Source of the DNA: an uncultured Coriobacteriia bacterium | Lineage (GTDB): Bacteria > Actinomycetota > Coriobacteriia > Anaerosomatales > JAAXUF01 | Length of the DNA stretch: 64,000 nt | Reading direction: 5' to 3' | Assembly (NCBI GenBank): GCA_963726345.1 | Contig: CAVSCC010000011.1 | Span: forward strand, 55,605 to 119,604 | Part shown: positions 53,979-63,544 of the stretch, in pieces | Position numbering within the stretch: position 1 is the first letter of the stretch | Layout: every line of letters begins with the position of its first letter | The notes under the pieces: model-generated | Told to the model about the DNA's origin: nothing | What the model saw: only the letters and a program-made list of their open reading frames with translations | Databases searched by the model: none | Position numbers and translations under genes: made by a program

Positions 53979-55346
53979 CTACTCGTTCTCGCAGAGCGTC
54001 GCGCCAGCCGCAAAGTCGAAGTCCTGCAGATCGCCAGCGTTGTAGGCCGCATACGCAGCCAGGTCGAAGTGACCGTGGCCGGAGAGGTTGAACAGGATGA
54101 CACGGTCCTCGCCCGCGTTGGCGGCCTCGAGCGCCTGGTCGATCGCCGCGCGGATGGCGTGGCTCGACTCAGGTGCCGGCAGGATTCCCTCGGCACGAGC
54201 GAACTGCACGGCCGCCTGGAAGCACGCGGTCTGGTCGACGGCGATCGCGTCGGCCTCGCCCTCGAAGACGAGCTGGCTGACCAGCGGCGAGTCGCCGTGG
54301 TAGCGCAGGCCACCCGCGTGGATGCCGGCCGGCACGAAGTCGTGTCCCAGCGTGTACATGAGCATCTGCGGCGTCATGCCCGCCTCGTCGCCGAGGTCGT
54401 AGCGGTACTCGCCGGCGGTCAGCGTCGGGCACGCCTTGGGCTCGACGGCCAGCAGGCGCGCGTTGCTCTTGCCCTCGAGCTTGCGCTGGTAGTACGGGAA
54501 CGCCATGCCCGCGAAGTTGGAGCCGCCACCGACGCACGCGATGACGACGTCGGGCTCGTCCTCGGCGAGCTCCATCTGCTGGATCGCCTCGAGGCCGATG
54601 ATCGTCTGGTGCAGGCACACGTGGTTGAGCACCGAGCCGAGCGCGTAGTGCGTGTCGTCGTTCTTCATCGCGACCTCGACGGCCTCGGAGATCGCGATGC
54701 CGAGCGAACCGGTCGAGTTCGGGTCCATCGCCAGCACGTGACGGCCGGCGTCGGTCAGGTTGCTCGGCGACTTGTGCACGGTGCCGCCGTAGGTCTCCAT
54801 CAGGATGCGGCGGTACGGCTTCTGGTCGTAGCTGACGCCGACCATGAAGACCTCGACGTCGATGCCGTAGAGCGCACCGGCGATCGACATCGCGCTGCCC
54901 CACTGGCCGGCGCCGGTCTCGGTCGCGATCTTGGTGATGCCCTCCTGCTTGTTGTAGTAGGCCTGCGGGATGGCGGTGTTGGGCTTGTGCGAGCCAGCCG
55001 GGCTGACGCCCTCGTACTTGTAGTAGATGCGGACGCCCGTCGGCAGGTTCAGGTCCTTCTCGAGCTGGCGCGCGCGCAGCAGCGGCGACGGACGGTACTC
55101 CTTGTAGACGTCGATGACCGCGCCCGGGATGTCGATCCAGCGGTCCGGCGACGACTCCTGCTTCAGGCACTCCATCGGGAAGAGCTTCATCATCACTTCG
55201 CCGATCTGGTCCGGCCCGAGCTCGACGCCGTCAGGCGTGACCACCTTGGGCGGCGCCGGCGGGTTCTTCAGGTCGGGCATGATGTTGTACCAGGCCTCCG
55301 GGATGTGCAGTTCGTCGAGTCCGAATCGAGTCTTGTCTGACGGCAT
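53979..55346 (-). CDS. TrpB2-type tryptophan synthase beta-like PLP enzyme
   Basis: From ATG 55346, 455 aa: long TrpB2-type N-terminus (IPEAWYNIMPDL...), [29 protein letters not shown] and NLSGHGHFD. Confidence 0.85.
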   Translation of the reverse strand: MPSDKTRFGLDELHIPEAWYNIMPDLKNPPAPPKVVTPDGVELGPDQIGEVMMKLFPMECLKQESSPDRWIDIPGAVIDVYKEYRPSPLLRARQLEKDLNLPTGVRIYYKYEGVSPAGSHKPNTAIPQAYYNKQEGITKIATETGAGQWGSAMSIAGALYGIDVEVFMVGVSYDQKPYRRILMETYGGTVHKSPSNLTDAGRHVLAMDPNSTGSLGIAISEAVEVAMKNDDTHYALGSVLNHVCLHQTIIGLEAIQQMELAEDEPDVVIACVGGGSNFAGMAFPYYQRKLEGKSNARLLAVEPKACPTLTAGEYRYDLGDEAGMTPQMLMYTLGHDFVPAGIHAGGLRYHGDSPLVSQLVFEGEADAIAVDQTACFQAAVQFARAEGILPAPESSHAIRAAIDQALEAANAGEDRVILFNLSGHGHFDLAAYAAYNAGDLQDFDFAAGATLCENE

Positions 55347-55400
55347 GGTCGTGCTCCTCTTCGCGTACGGTCGTCTGTCCTGTCGAAGCCGGGTGTTCAT

Positions 55401-56185
55401 CTATCGGCTCACGGGCGTCTTGGCGACACCCGTCAGTTCCTCAAGCACGTCTTCCGGGAACTCCGCTCGCATCAGCGTCTCGCCGACAAGGACCGCGTCG
55501 GCGCCTGCCGCTGCCGCCGCCTCCACGTCCGCGCGCGACCTGCACGCCGCTGGCGGCCACGAGCGTCACGTCGTAGCGCTGCGCAGCGCGCAGCACCGCT
55601 CGCGCACGCTCGGGGTCGACCTCGAGCGTGCGGAGGTCTCGGCTGTTGACCGCGATCAGCCCGGACCTCACGCCGAGCGCGATGGCCAGCTCCTCCTCGG
55701 TCGCGATCTCGACCAGCGGCGTGAGGCCGAGGGTCTCGGCGGTGTGGGCGAAGTCGCGCGTCATGTGGCCGAGCACGCTGACCATGAGCAGCACCGCATC
55801 GGCGCCGTGACCGCGGGCCACGAAGAGCTGGACCGGGTCGACGATGAAGTCCTTGCAGAGCACCGGGATGTCGACCGCGTCGGCGACGTCGGACAGGTCG
55901 GTGAAGCTGCCGCCGAACGACTCCGGCTCGGTGAGCACGCTGATCGCCGCGGCACCGCCGTCCTGGTAGTGCAGCGCCTGCTTGGACGCGTCGCAGTCCG
56001 GCGCGATCGCGCCCGACGCTCGGCGATGCCTTCTTGACCTCGGCGATGACGGCGACGTCGCTTCGGTCGCGCAGCGCCGCCGCGAAGTCGCGCACCGGCC
56101 GGGCGCAGCAAGCCAGCCGCTCGCGGTCGGCGGCCGAGAGTTCGCCGTACTCGGCGAGGATCCGCGCGCGACGCTGCGACATCAT
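55401..56185 (-). pseudogene. trpC: Indole-3-glycerol-phosphate synthase, 2 frameshifts (about 56020 and about 55545)
   Basis: VIAEVKKASPS (55472..56185) and LTEPESFGGS...CKDFIVDP...LVEI...NSRDL (55441..55938). The C-terminus ADAVLVGETLMRAEFPEDVLEELTG...-TAG (55401) was derived by hand. Confidence 0.85.
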
Positions 56186-56203
56186 CGTCTCGAGGAACGT
56201 CGC

Positions 56204-57298
56204 TCACGACGCGGCCTCCTCGGCGGCGAGGCGCTGCGACAGCGCGGCGAGCGCCTCAAGCGCGGCGAGCGCGCGGCCCGAGTCGATCGACTCGCGGGCG
56301 AGCGCGACGCCCTCGGCGAGGTCGGCGGCCTTGCCGGCGGCGAGCAGCGCGGCGGCGGCGTTGAGCACGACGACGTCTCGGCGCGGACCGCTCTCTCCGC
56401 CGAGCACCGCACGCACGATCGCGGCGTTCTCGGCGGCGTCGCCACCTGCGATGTCGGCGAGCGTGCCGCGCGCGATGCCGACCGACTCCGGCGTGATCTC
56501 GTAGGTGCGCACGGCGCCGGTCTCGGCGTCGAACTCGGCGACGGTGGTCGGACCGCTGCCCGAGACCTCGTCCATGCCCGGGTGGCCGTTGACGACGAGC
56601 ACGCGCTCGGCGCCGAGCCGCCCGGCGACCTCGGCCATGACCGGCGCGAGTCGCGCATCGTATACGCCGAGAAGCTGCCGCTTGGCACCGGCGGGGTTGG
56701 TGAGCGGGCCGAGGATGTTGAAGACGGTGCGGATGCCGATCTCTCGGCGCGTCGGGCCGGCGTGGCGCATCGACGAGTGCAGCGACTGCGCGAACAGGAA
56801 GCCGACACCCGCCTCGTCGACACAGCGGCCGACGTCGGTGGCGTTCAGCGCGATGTCGATGCCGAGCGCCTCGAGCACGTCCGCACTCCCCGCTGCCGAG
56901 GAGACCGCGCGGTTGCCGTGCTTGGCGACCGGCACGCCGGCGCCGGCGACCACGAACGCCGTCGACGTCGAGATGTTGAAGGTGTGCAGCCCGTCGCCGC
57001 CGGTGCCGCAGGTGTCGATGTAGCCGCTGACCGTCGGCCGAACCGGCGTCGCGTGCTCGCGCATCGCTCGGGCGAAGCCGACGATCTCGTCGACGGTCTC
57101 CCCCTTCATGCGCATGCCCGTGATGAGCGCGCTGATCTGCGAAGGCGTCGCCTCGCCGTCCATGATCTGGTTCATGACCACGTAGGCCTCGTCCTCGGTG
57201 AGCGAGGCGCCTGTCGCCACGCGCCCGATCGCCGCTGCTGCGGTGGCGACTTCGGCCGCGCCGGCGCTCGCGCGCGCCGCTCCGCCCGCCGCGGCCAC
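56204..57298 (-). CDS. trpD: Anthranilate phosphoribosyltransferase
   Basis: 364 aa: IMDGEATPSQISALITGMRMKGET, DTCGTGGDG, KHGNRAVSS and NILGPLTNP. The exact start is uncertain (see the trpG note). Confidence 0.9.
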   Translation of the reverse strand: MAAAGGAARASAGAAEVATAAAAIGRVATGASLTEDEAYVVMNQIMDGEATPSQISALITGMRMKGETVDEIVGFARAMREHATPVRPTVSGYIDTCGTGGDGLHTFNISTSTAFVVAGAGVPVAKHGNRAVSSAAGSADVLEALGIDIALNATDVGRCVDEAGVGFLFAQSLHSSMRHAGPTRREIGIRTVFNILGPLTNPAGAKRQLLGVYDARLAPVMAEVAGRLGAERVLVVNGHPGMDEVSGSGPTTVAEFDAETGAVRTYEITPESVGIARGTLADIAGGDAAENAAIVRAVLGGESGPRRDVVVLNAAAALLAAGKAADLAEGVALARESIDSGRALAALEALAALSQRLAAEEAAS

Positions 57299-57914
57299 GA
57301 TCGCGGGCGTCCCGGAGGCGCCGCGACGCCAGCGGCACCTCTCCGGCGACGTCGAGGAAGTTCGCGAGCAGCTTGGTGCCCTCGGGCGTCAGGACGCTCT
57401 CGGGGTGGAACTGCACGCCGAAGACGGGCAGCTCGCGATGGTGGACGCCCATGATGACGCCGTCGGGCGTGCGGGCCTGCACCTCGAGCACCTCGGGGAC
57501 GGTGTCGGCGTCGACGCACAGCGAGTGGTAGCGCGTCGCCGTGAACGGGCTCGGAATCCCGGCGAACAGGTACTGGCCGTCGTGGGTGATCTGGTCGGTC
57601 TTGCCGTGCACCGGCTTGGGCGAGCGGCAGATGCTCGCGCCGTAGACCTCGGCGATGCACTGGTGTCCGAGGCACACGCCGAGCAGCGGCACGCCCGGCC
57701 TCGGCGGCCGCGCGGATGACGTCGCGGCTGATGCCGGCGTCCTCAGGGCGTGCCCGGTCCTGGCGACACGACGATGCCGGCCGGCGCGAGCGCGAGCGCC
57801 TCATCGGCGGTGATGCGTGTCGTTGCGCCGCACCTCGACCTCAGCACCGAGCGCGGAGAGCAGCTGCACGAGGTTGTAGGTGAAGCTGTCGTAGTTGTCG
57901 ATGACGAGGATCAT
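57299..57914 (-). pseudogene. trpG: Anthranilate synthase component II (glutamine amidotransferase), about 3 frameshifts; no stop found before trpD
   Basis: The pieces sit in three frames: [19 protein letters not shown] (ATG 57914, ATGA overlap with the trpE stop), PEDAGISRDVIRAAAEAG, and PLLGVCLGHQCI...GVQFHPES...LLANFL. Confidence 0.85.
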
Positions 57915-59412
57915 CTCGCGGCCACCTCCTCCTCGGCGTTCATGCCTGCGGCCAGCTCGAGCGCCTTGTGGAGCGCTTGGGCCTTGTGCATGCACTCCTC
58001 GTATTCGCTCTCGGGGTCGGAGTCGGCGACGATGCCGGCACCGGACTGCACGTAGGCGCGCCCGTTGGCGATGACCACGGTGCGGATCGTGATGCACATG
58101 TCCATCGCGCCATCGAGCCCCACGTAGCCGACCGTGCCTGCGTACGGCCCGCGCGCTTCAGGCTCCAGTTCGGCGATGAGCTCCATCGCGCGCACCTTGG
58201 GCGCCCCGGACACGGTGCCTGCGGGGAAGGTCGCCTTCGAGCGCGTCGAAGGCGTCCTTGTCGGCAGCGAGCTCGCCGGTGACGTTGCTGACGATGTGCA
58301 TGACGTGGGAGTAGTACTCGACCTCCATCAGCTCGTCGACGCTGACCGAGCCCGGTGCCGAGATGCGACCGAGGTCGTTTCGGCCCAGGTCGACGAGCAT
58401 CACGTGCTCGGCGCGCTCCTTCTCGTCGGCGAGCAGGTCGGCGCGCAGGCGGCCGTCCTCGGCGGCGCGTGGTGCCGCGCGGGCGCGTCCCGGCGAGCGG
58501 TCGCGTGAGCACGGTGTCGCCCTCGACGCGCACGAGCGGCTCCGGGCTCGAGCCCACGAGCGTCACGTCGCGGGTCCGCACGTAGAACATGTACGGCGAC
58601 GGGTTGACGGCGCGCAAGCACGCGGTAGAGGTCGAGCCCGTCCCCGTCGTAGGGCGCCGAGTAGCGCTGCGAGAGCACGATCTGGAAGATGTCGCCAGCG
58701 TACGATGTGCTCCTTCGCGCGCTTGACCTGCTCGATGAACTGCTCGCGCGTGGTGTGCGCCTCCATCGGCACGGGGCGCTGCACGCCGAAGGCGCCCAGC
58801 TCCACGCCGCGAGGCCCGACGTCGATGCGCTTCAGGTAGGAGTCGATGCGCTTGAGCGCCGCGTCGTAGGCGAGATCGGGCGCGCCACCGGGGCGCACCG
58901 GCGCGATGACCTGCATCACGCGGCGGGCGTGGTCGAAGGCGACGACGACGTCGGCCATCATGAACGTGAAGTCCGGCACGTCGAGAACGTCGACGTCATG
59001 CCGAGGGACCCGCTCGAACGTGGTCGCGGTCTCGTAGCCGACGTAGCCCACCGCGCCGCCGACGAAGAGCGGCAGCCCGGGCACGCGCGCGACGCTGCCC
59101 GCTGCGAGCTCCCGCGCCACGACACGCAGCGGGTCGTCGGCGAGCTCGCCGGAAACGCCGCCGTTCTCGACGACCACCTGGTTGCCTCGGCCGCTGATGA
59201 CCGACGCCATCGCCGACACCCAGGAAGCTGTAGCGCCCCAGCCGCTCGCCCCCGATGACGCTCTCCAGCAGGAACGCGTGCTCGGCGCCGTCGGCCAGCG
59301 CGAGGAACGCGCTGATGGGGGTGGCGAGGTCGGCGTAGACCTCGCGTGCGACCGGCACCACGTCGTGATCGGCGGCCAGTGCCGTGAACTCTTCTCTGCT
59401 CGGCAGAATCAT
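57911..59412 (-). pseudogene. trpE: Anthranilate synthase component I, at least 5 frameshifts
   Basis: ATG 59412 follows GGAAGGAAG. The gene is split into successive pieces in changing frames: [63 protein letters not shown] and [11 protein letters not shown]...GPYAGTVGY...[10 protein letters not shown]. Confidence 0.9.
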
Positions 59413-59459
59413 GTGTTGACGCTTCCTTCCCTGGTTCGTGGTTCCCAACAAGGGCCCGG

Positions 59460-59740
59460 AAAATGCAAAAGCCCCCGTCCATCAAGGGACGAGAGCAATC
59501 TCGCGGTACCACCCTTGTTGCTTCGCCAGATTCGGCGAAACCACTTAGTCTCCGACGATACTCGGCCTGGAAGTTCGGCCTTCATATATCCGGCCCCTTG
59601 TATCGGTGGGTGTCCGCCGAGACTAGTAGGCCGCTTGCGCGCCGTTGCCTCGGAACCTCAGGGGCCCATTCCGACGGTCCTCCGCGCCAGGTTTCCACCA
59701 TCTCCCGGCTCTCTATCGCTTCGGCCCCGACGTACTCTTC
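59460..59740 (-). promoter_or_regulatory. T-box riboswitch leader of the trp operon (candidate UGG specifier)
   Basis: The minus strand contains GCGAUAGAGAG (Stem-I base-like), GAAUGGG (candidate specifier at 59666..59668) and a Stem-III hairpin CGCCGAAUCUGGCG. It also carries the invariant T-box sequence AAGGGUGGUACCGCGAG (59500..59516) and a terminator plus U-tract 48 nt before the trpE ATG. Confidence 0.8.
59471..59496 (-). terminator. T-box terminator hairpin
   Basis: 10-bp stem GCUCUCGUCC/GGACGGGGGC (including two G-U pairs) with a 6-nt loop, followed by UUUUGCAUUUU (59460..59470). Confidence 0.7.
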
Positions 59741-59941
59741 CCCGTCAAAGGTGCGTATTCGGTTGAGGAGCAGTCTACGCCCGGACCGCGGGTCGATGTC
59801 AAGAGGCGGTGCGCAGCCGCGCCGTGACGGCCGTCACCGCACCACCCCTCACCTTGCGATATGTTGGCTCAAGGGTTGCTCTCTTAAGACCGATGAGCAG
59901 TACACGGAACGCGCACGGATTGCGTTGAGGAGCTGAGGGCA

Positions 59942-60076
59942 ATGGTGCGGAAAGAGACGTGCCCCGCCTGCAAGGGCGACCGCTGGGTCACAGTGAAGGA
60001 CTCGGGCGGTCGCAACAAACACAAGAAGTGTCCTTCGTGCGGCGGACAGGGCTACAAGATCACCCTGCAGCGATAG
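59942..60076 (+). CDS. Small zinc-ribbon protein (44 aa), absent from the ORF track because it is under 60 aa
   Basis: A GAGGAG RBS lies 8 nt upstream. The product is MVRKETCPACKGDRWVTVKDSGGRNKHKKCPSCGGQGYKITLQR, with two CPxC(K/G)G knuckles. It is followed by a strong hairpin terminator. Confidence 0.5.
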   Translation: MVRKETCPACKGDRWVTVKDSGGRNKHKKCPSCGGQGYKITLQR

Positions 60077-60098
60077 GTCCACCCATAAGGACTTCTAC

Positions 60099-60129
60099 GA
60101 ATGCGGATCGCCTCAGGCGGTCCGCATTC
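60099..60129. terminator. Bidirectional hairpin between the convergent zinc-ribbon ORF and hisE
   Basis: GAATGCGGATCGCC-TCA-GGCGGTCCGCATTC forms a stem of about 13 bp with one mismatch/bulge. Confidence 0.55.
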
Positions 60130-60185
60130 GGCTTTCCGGGGATGCGTTGGCCCGCAACGACGAGAACCGGTCCGTGCTCGGGCGC

Positions 60186-60503
60186 TCAGACGCGGCGCGC
60201 AAGGAGGTCGTCGGCAAGGTCGTCCGGCGTGATTCCCCAGCGGGCCATGACCACGAGAAGGTGGTACACCACGTCACCGATCTCATAGCGAAGGTGTTCC
60301 GGGTCCCCATCCTTCGCGGCCATGATGACCTCGCCCGACTCCTCGGCGATCTTCTTGAGGAGCTTGTCTTCGTGGCCCTGCAGGAGCTTCGCGGTGTACG
60401 ACTCCGCTGGATCTGCCTCGCGTCGCGACTCGATGACCTGCCAGAGCTCGGCTATCACCGCGGCGAATCGGTCGCTTCCGGCCGCGTCACTCATCGCCCG
60501 CAC
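60186..60503 (-). CDS. hisE: Phosphoribosyl-ATP pyrophosphatase
   Basis: 105 aa: SYTAKLLQGHEDKLLKKIAEESGEVIMAAKD...EIGDVVYHLLVVM. ATG 60494 (MSDAAG) is the likelier start. Confidence 0.9.
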   Translation of the reverse strand: MRAMSDAAGSDRFAAVIAELWQVIESRREADPAESYTAKLLQGHEDKLLKKIAEESGEVIMAAKDGDPEHLRYEIGDVVYHLLVVMARWGITPDDLADDLLARRV

Positions 60504-60873
60504 CTTCTCGGCCGAGACGAGCGGGTTCCGGATAGAGTCGGCGGTAGAAGCACGAGCGCTCGTTGGTGTGACAGGCGCCGGGACCGTTCTGGTTCACGAG
60601 CACGAGCAGGCAGTCGGCGTCGCAGTCGTAGCGGATCTCGACCACGTCTTGCGTGTGCCCGCTGCTCTCACCCTTCATCCAGAACTTCTTGCGACTCCGG
60701 CTCCAGAACCACGTCTTGCCGGACTCCACCGTCTCGATGAGCGACTCGCGGTTCATGTACGCGACCATCAGGATCTCGAGGGTGTCGTGCTGCTGGATGA
60801 CGGCCGGGATCAGGCCGTCGGCGTCATACTTGAGTTCGTCGAAACCGAGTAGATCGTGTTCGCGGTTGGTCAT
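60487..60873 (-). CDS. hisI: Phosphoribosyl-AMP cyclohydrolase
   Basis: From ATG 60873: LIPAVIQQHDTLEILMVAYMNRESL...WFWSRSRKKFWMKGESSGHTQ...DCDADCLLV...GPGACHTNERSCFY. Confidence 0.9.
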   Translation of the reverse strand: MTNREHDLLGFDELKYDADGLIPAVIQQHDTLEILMVAYMNRESLIETVESGKTWFWSRSRKKFWMKGESSGHTQDVVEIRYDCDADCLLVLVNQNGPGACHTNERSCFYRRLYPEPARLGREGAGDE

Positions 60874-60940
60874 GGCACGGCTCCTCGCCGAAGGCGGATG
60901 CTTGCGAATCAGTCTAGCATCGGGGCGCACACACCAGACC

Positions 60941-61945
60941 CTAGTCGACGGCCGCTGCCTCTTCGCGTCGTCGGACCGCCGTCTTGGTCGACCCGGCAAT
61001 CGCCCCCTCGGCACCTGCGACCTCGCGTAGCCGCAGGGCGCGTATCGCCTCGGCGCCGCTGATCGAGGCGGACCGGCCGCCGGGCACACCGATCGACCCG
61101 TTCATGATGTGTTCCTCGGCGATGAGTGCGGCGACTGCAGCCGCCGCCCGCGCCGGCAGGCCCTCGCCATGCGTCGAGACCTCCTCGGCGAGCACCTTGG
61201 CGCTGTCGACGTAGGGCCACGCCAGAAAGCCGAAGACGGCATCGTGACCGCCGGAGAACGCGAACTCCGGGACGTCCGTCCGCGCGACGGAGAGCCGCTC
61301 GAGGAGTTCGATCATCGGTGCGGGCTCGTGGAGAATCTGAAGGCCTTCGCGATCACCCGCCACGGCCGCATCGAGCCACGCCGCGAAGAGCGTCGGGTCC
61401 CGATCGGGTGGGATCGGGTCTTCTCTGAGCGACTCGGAGAACTGGTGCCCCGCAGCGAAGGAGGTGGTGTCGACCCGGCTGCGCCCCACGAGCATCGCAA
61501 GCCCGGCTCGCTGCTGCGCGCGCGAGAGTGCGGCGAATCCGCTGCTCACGGAGATGCTGAGACCGCCGCCCGCGCTCGTCGCGAAGGCGTTGGGCGCGTC
61601 CGAGAAGTACATCAACAGTGCTGGCGGCCTCGCAAGACCGGCCGCGAGCGACACGTCGTGCAGCGCGTTCTTGGTCGTCGGCAACATACCGGTCGCCACC
61701 GGGACAGCCCCGATGGCCTGCCTGGTGCGCAGATCACGCACGGTCCTGATCAGAGGAAAGGCCAGGATCGCGGCGAGCGGAACCATCACCCGCGCCACGA
61801 TCTGCCACGCGCCCGCACTCCCGGACTCGGCCAGGAACCACACCGCGTACACCAGCATGCCGAGCAGGACGAGCACGAGCGCGCCGGCACGCATCCAGCG
61901 GCGTCGGTCTCGGTCGATCGCCCCCCACAACGTACGCTGCGCCAT
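60941..61945 (-). CDS. Two-TM membrane protein with a degenerate M48 (HtpX/Ste24)-like core lacking HExxH
   Basis: 334 aa. It has two N-terminal TM helices. [47 protein letters not shown] follows the M48 pattern (xPNAFAxG...V..GLL..L...E..AVLAHExGH), but has AMLVGR where AHExGH is expected. Confidence 0.55.
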   Translation of the reverse strand: MAQRTLWGAIDRDRRRWMRAGALVLVLLGMLVYAVWFLAESGSAGAWQIVARVMVPLAAILAFPLIRTVRDLRTRQAIGAVPVATGMLPTTKNALHDVSLAAGLARPPALLMYFSDAPNAFATSAGGGLSISVSSGFAALSRAQQRAGLAMLVGRSRVDTTSFAAGHQFSESLREDPIPPDRDPTLFAAWLDAAVAGDREGLQILHEPAPMIELLERLSVARTDVPEFAFSGGHDAVFGFLAWPYVDSAKVLAEEVSTHGEGLPARAAAAVAALIAEEHIMNGSIGVPGGRSASISGAEAIRALRLREVAGAEGAIAGSTKTAVRRREEAAAVD

Positions 61946-62009
61946 CGTCGCGTCCCCTGATTGTCGGACTCTGCCTCAGATGGTCTATCGGCAGCAGGCC
62001 GGGCGCGCT

Positions 62010-62805
62010 CTAGACCGCCAGTACGCCGTCGTCGGCGATCGGGAGCCGGACCGGCACCCCGGCGGCGGCCATCGCCTGTTTCACCTGCAGACACGGTGTA
62101 CTCGCCGAAGTGGAAGACGCTCGCCGCAAGAACCGCATCGGCGTCGGCCTCGACCACCGCCTCGGCGAAGTGCTCGAGCTTGCCCGCTCCCCCGCTCGCG
62201 ATGACGGGGATGTTGAGCTCGCGCGTGATGGCGCGGGTCAGCGGGATGTCGAAGCCGTCCTTGGTGCCGTCGCAGTCCATGCTCGTGAGCAGGATCTCGC
62301 CGGCGCCGAGACGCTCGGCCTCGCGTGCCCATCCGACCGCGTCGAGTTCGGTGTTGATGCGGCCGCCGTTGACGAACACCTCCCAGCGGTCGCGGCCGCC
62401 GGCGACGCGTCGCGCGTCGATGGCGACGACGATGCACTGGGAACCGTAGATGCGGCTGGTGTGGGTGATCAGCGAGGGGTCGCGCACGGCGGCGCTGTTG
62501 AGCGATATCTTGTCGGCGCCGGCGGCCAGCATCGCGCGGATGTCGGCGGCGGAGCGCATACCGCCGCCCACGGTGTACGGGATGAAGCACTCCTCGGCGG
62601 TGTGCGTGGCGACCTCGAGCATCGAGGGGCGCTCTTCGTGCGTGGCGGTGATATCGAGGAATACGACCTCGTCGGCACCGGCCTTGTCGTAGATGGCGGC
62701 CATCTCGACGGGATCGCCGGCGTCGCGAAGGTTGACGAAGTTGACGCCTTTGACGACGCGGCCCTCGTGGACGTCCAGGCAGGGAATGACTCGCTTCATG
62801 AGCAT
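62010..62805 (-). pseudogene. hisF: Imidazole glycerol phosphate synthase cyclase subunit, one frameshift near 62088
   Basis: [23 protein letters not shown]...[12 protein letters not shown]...ASGGAG...[11 protein letters not shown]. After the shift it reads [27 protein letters not shown] (62010), checked by hand. Confidence 0.9.
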
Positions 62806-62812
62806 GGGGGCG

Positions 62813-63544
62813 TCAGGCCTCCCTGCGGGCGGCGGCGAGCGCCTCGGGCAGCGTGAACGCGCCTTCGTAGAGCGCGCGGCCGGTGATGACGCCCTCGATG
62901 ACGCCGGGGCCCAGCGCCGCAAGCGCACGGATGTCGTCGAGCGTGGAGACCCCACCGCTGGCGACGACCGGGAATCCGGCGCTGATCGCGACGCCCACGT
63001 AGGCCGGCGTGCTGATGCCCGTCTGCATGCCGTCGCGCGAGATGTCGGTGTACACGAGGTGCCTGATGCCGAGGTGTCGCAGTTCGCCGACGAGCACCTG
63101 CGCCGACGTGGCCGTGCCCGAGCGCCAGCCTTCGACGGCGACCATCCCGTCGCGCGCATCGACACCCGCGACCACGGCGTCGCCGCACAGGCTCACGGCC
63201 GCTCGCACGAAGTCGGGGTCGGTCGCCAGCTTGGTTCCGAGCACGATCCTCTCGGCTCCGGCCTCCGCGAGGCGTCCGAGCGTCTCGAGTGATCGGACGC
63301 CGCCGCCCACCTCGATTCGAGCGCCTGTCTCGCGCGCGATTCGCTCGACGACCTCGATGTTGCCGGGCACACCGTCGCGCGCGCCGTCGAGGTCCACGAC
63401 GTGGATCCACTCGGCACCCGCGTCCAGGAACTCGCGCGCCTGAGCGACGGGGTCCTCGTTGTAGACGGTCACGCGGTCGTAGTCGCCCTGCGCGAGCCGA
63501 ACGGCCCGGCCGCCCAGGATGTCGATTGCCGGAAAGACGATCAT
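62813..63544 (-). CDS. hisA: 1-(5-phosphoribosyl)-5-[(5-phosphoribosylamino)methylideneamino]imidazole-4-carboxamide isomerase (possibly bifunctional PriA type)
   Basis: From ATG 63544 (ATGA overlap with the hisH stop): [22 protein letters not shown]..., [22 protein letters not shown]. Confidence 0.9.
   Translation of the reverse strand: MIVFPAIDILGGRAVRLAQGDYDRVTVYNEDPVAQAREFLDAGAEWIHVVDLDGARDGVPGNIEVVERIARETGARIEVGGGVRSLETLGRLAEAGAERIVLGTKLATDPDFVRAAVSLCGDAVVAGVDARDGMVAVEGWRSGTATSAQVLVGELRHLGIRHLVYTDISRDGMQTGISTPAYVGVAISAGFPVVASGGVSTLDDIRALAALGPGVIEGVITGRALYEGAFTLPEALAAARREA

Noticed and set aside
59413-59940. Trp-codon-rich leader peptide attenuator upstream of trpE
   Set aside because: No short ORF with tandem Trp codons was found on the minus strand. 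The region instead carries the T-box consensus and a terminator.
61786-63165. 459-aa ORF taken as one protein
   Set aside because: It is hisF with a spurious N-terminal extension overlapping hisA in another frame, plus a read-through tail created by the frameshift near 62088.
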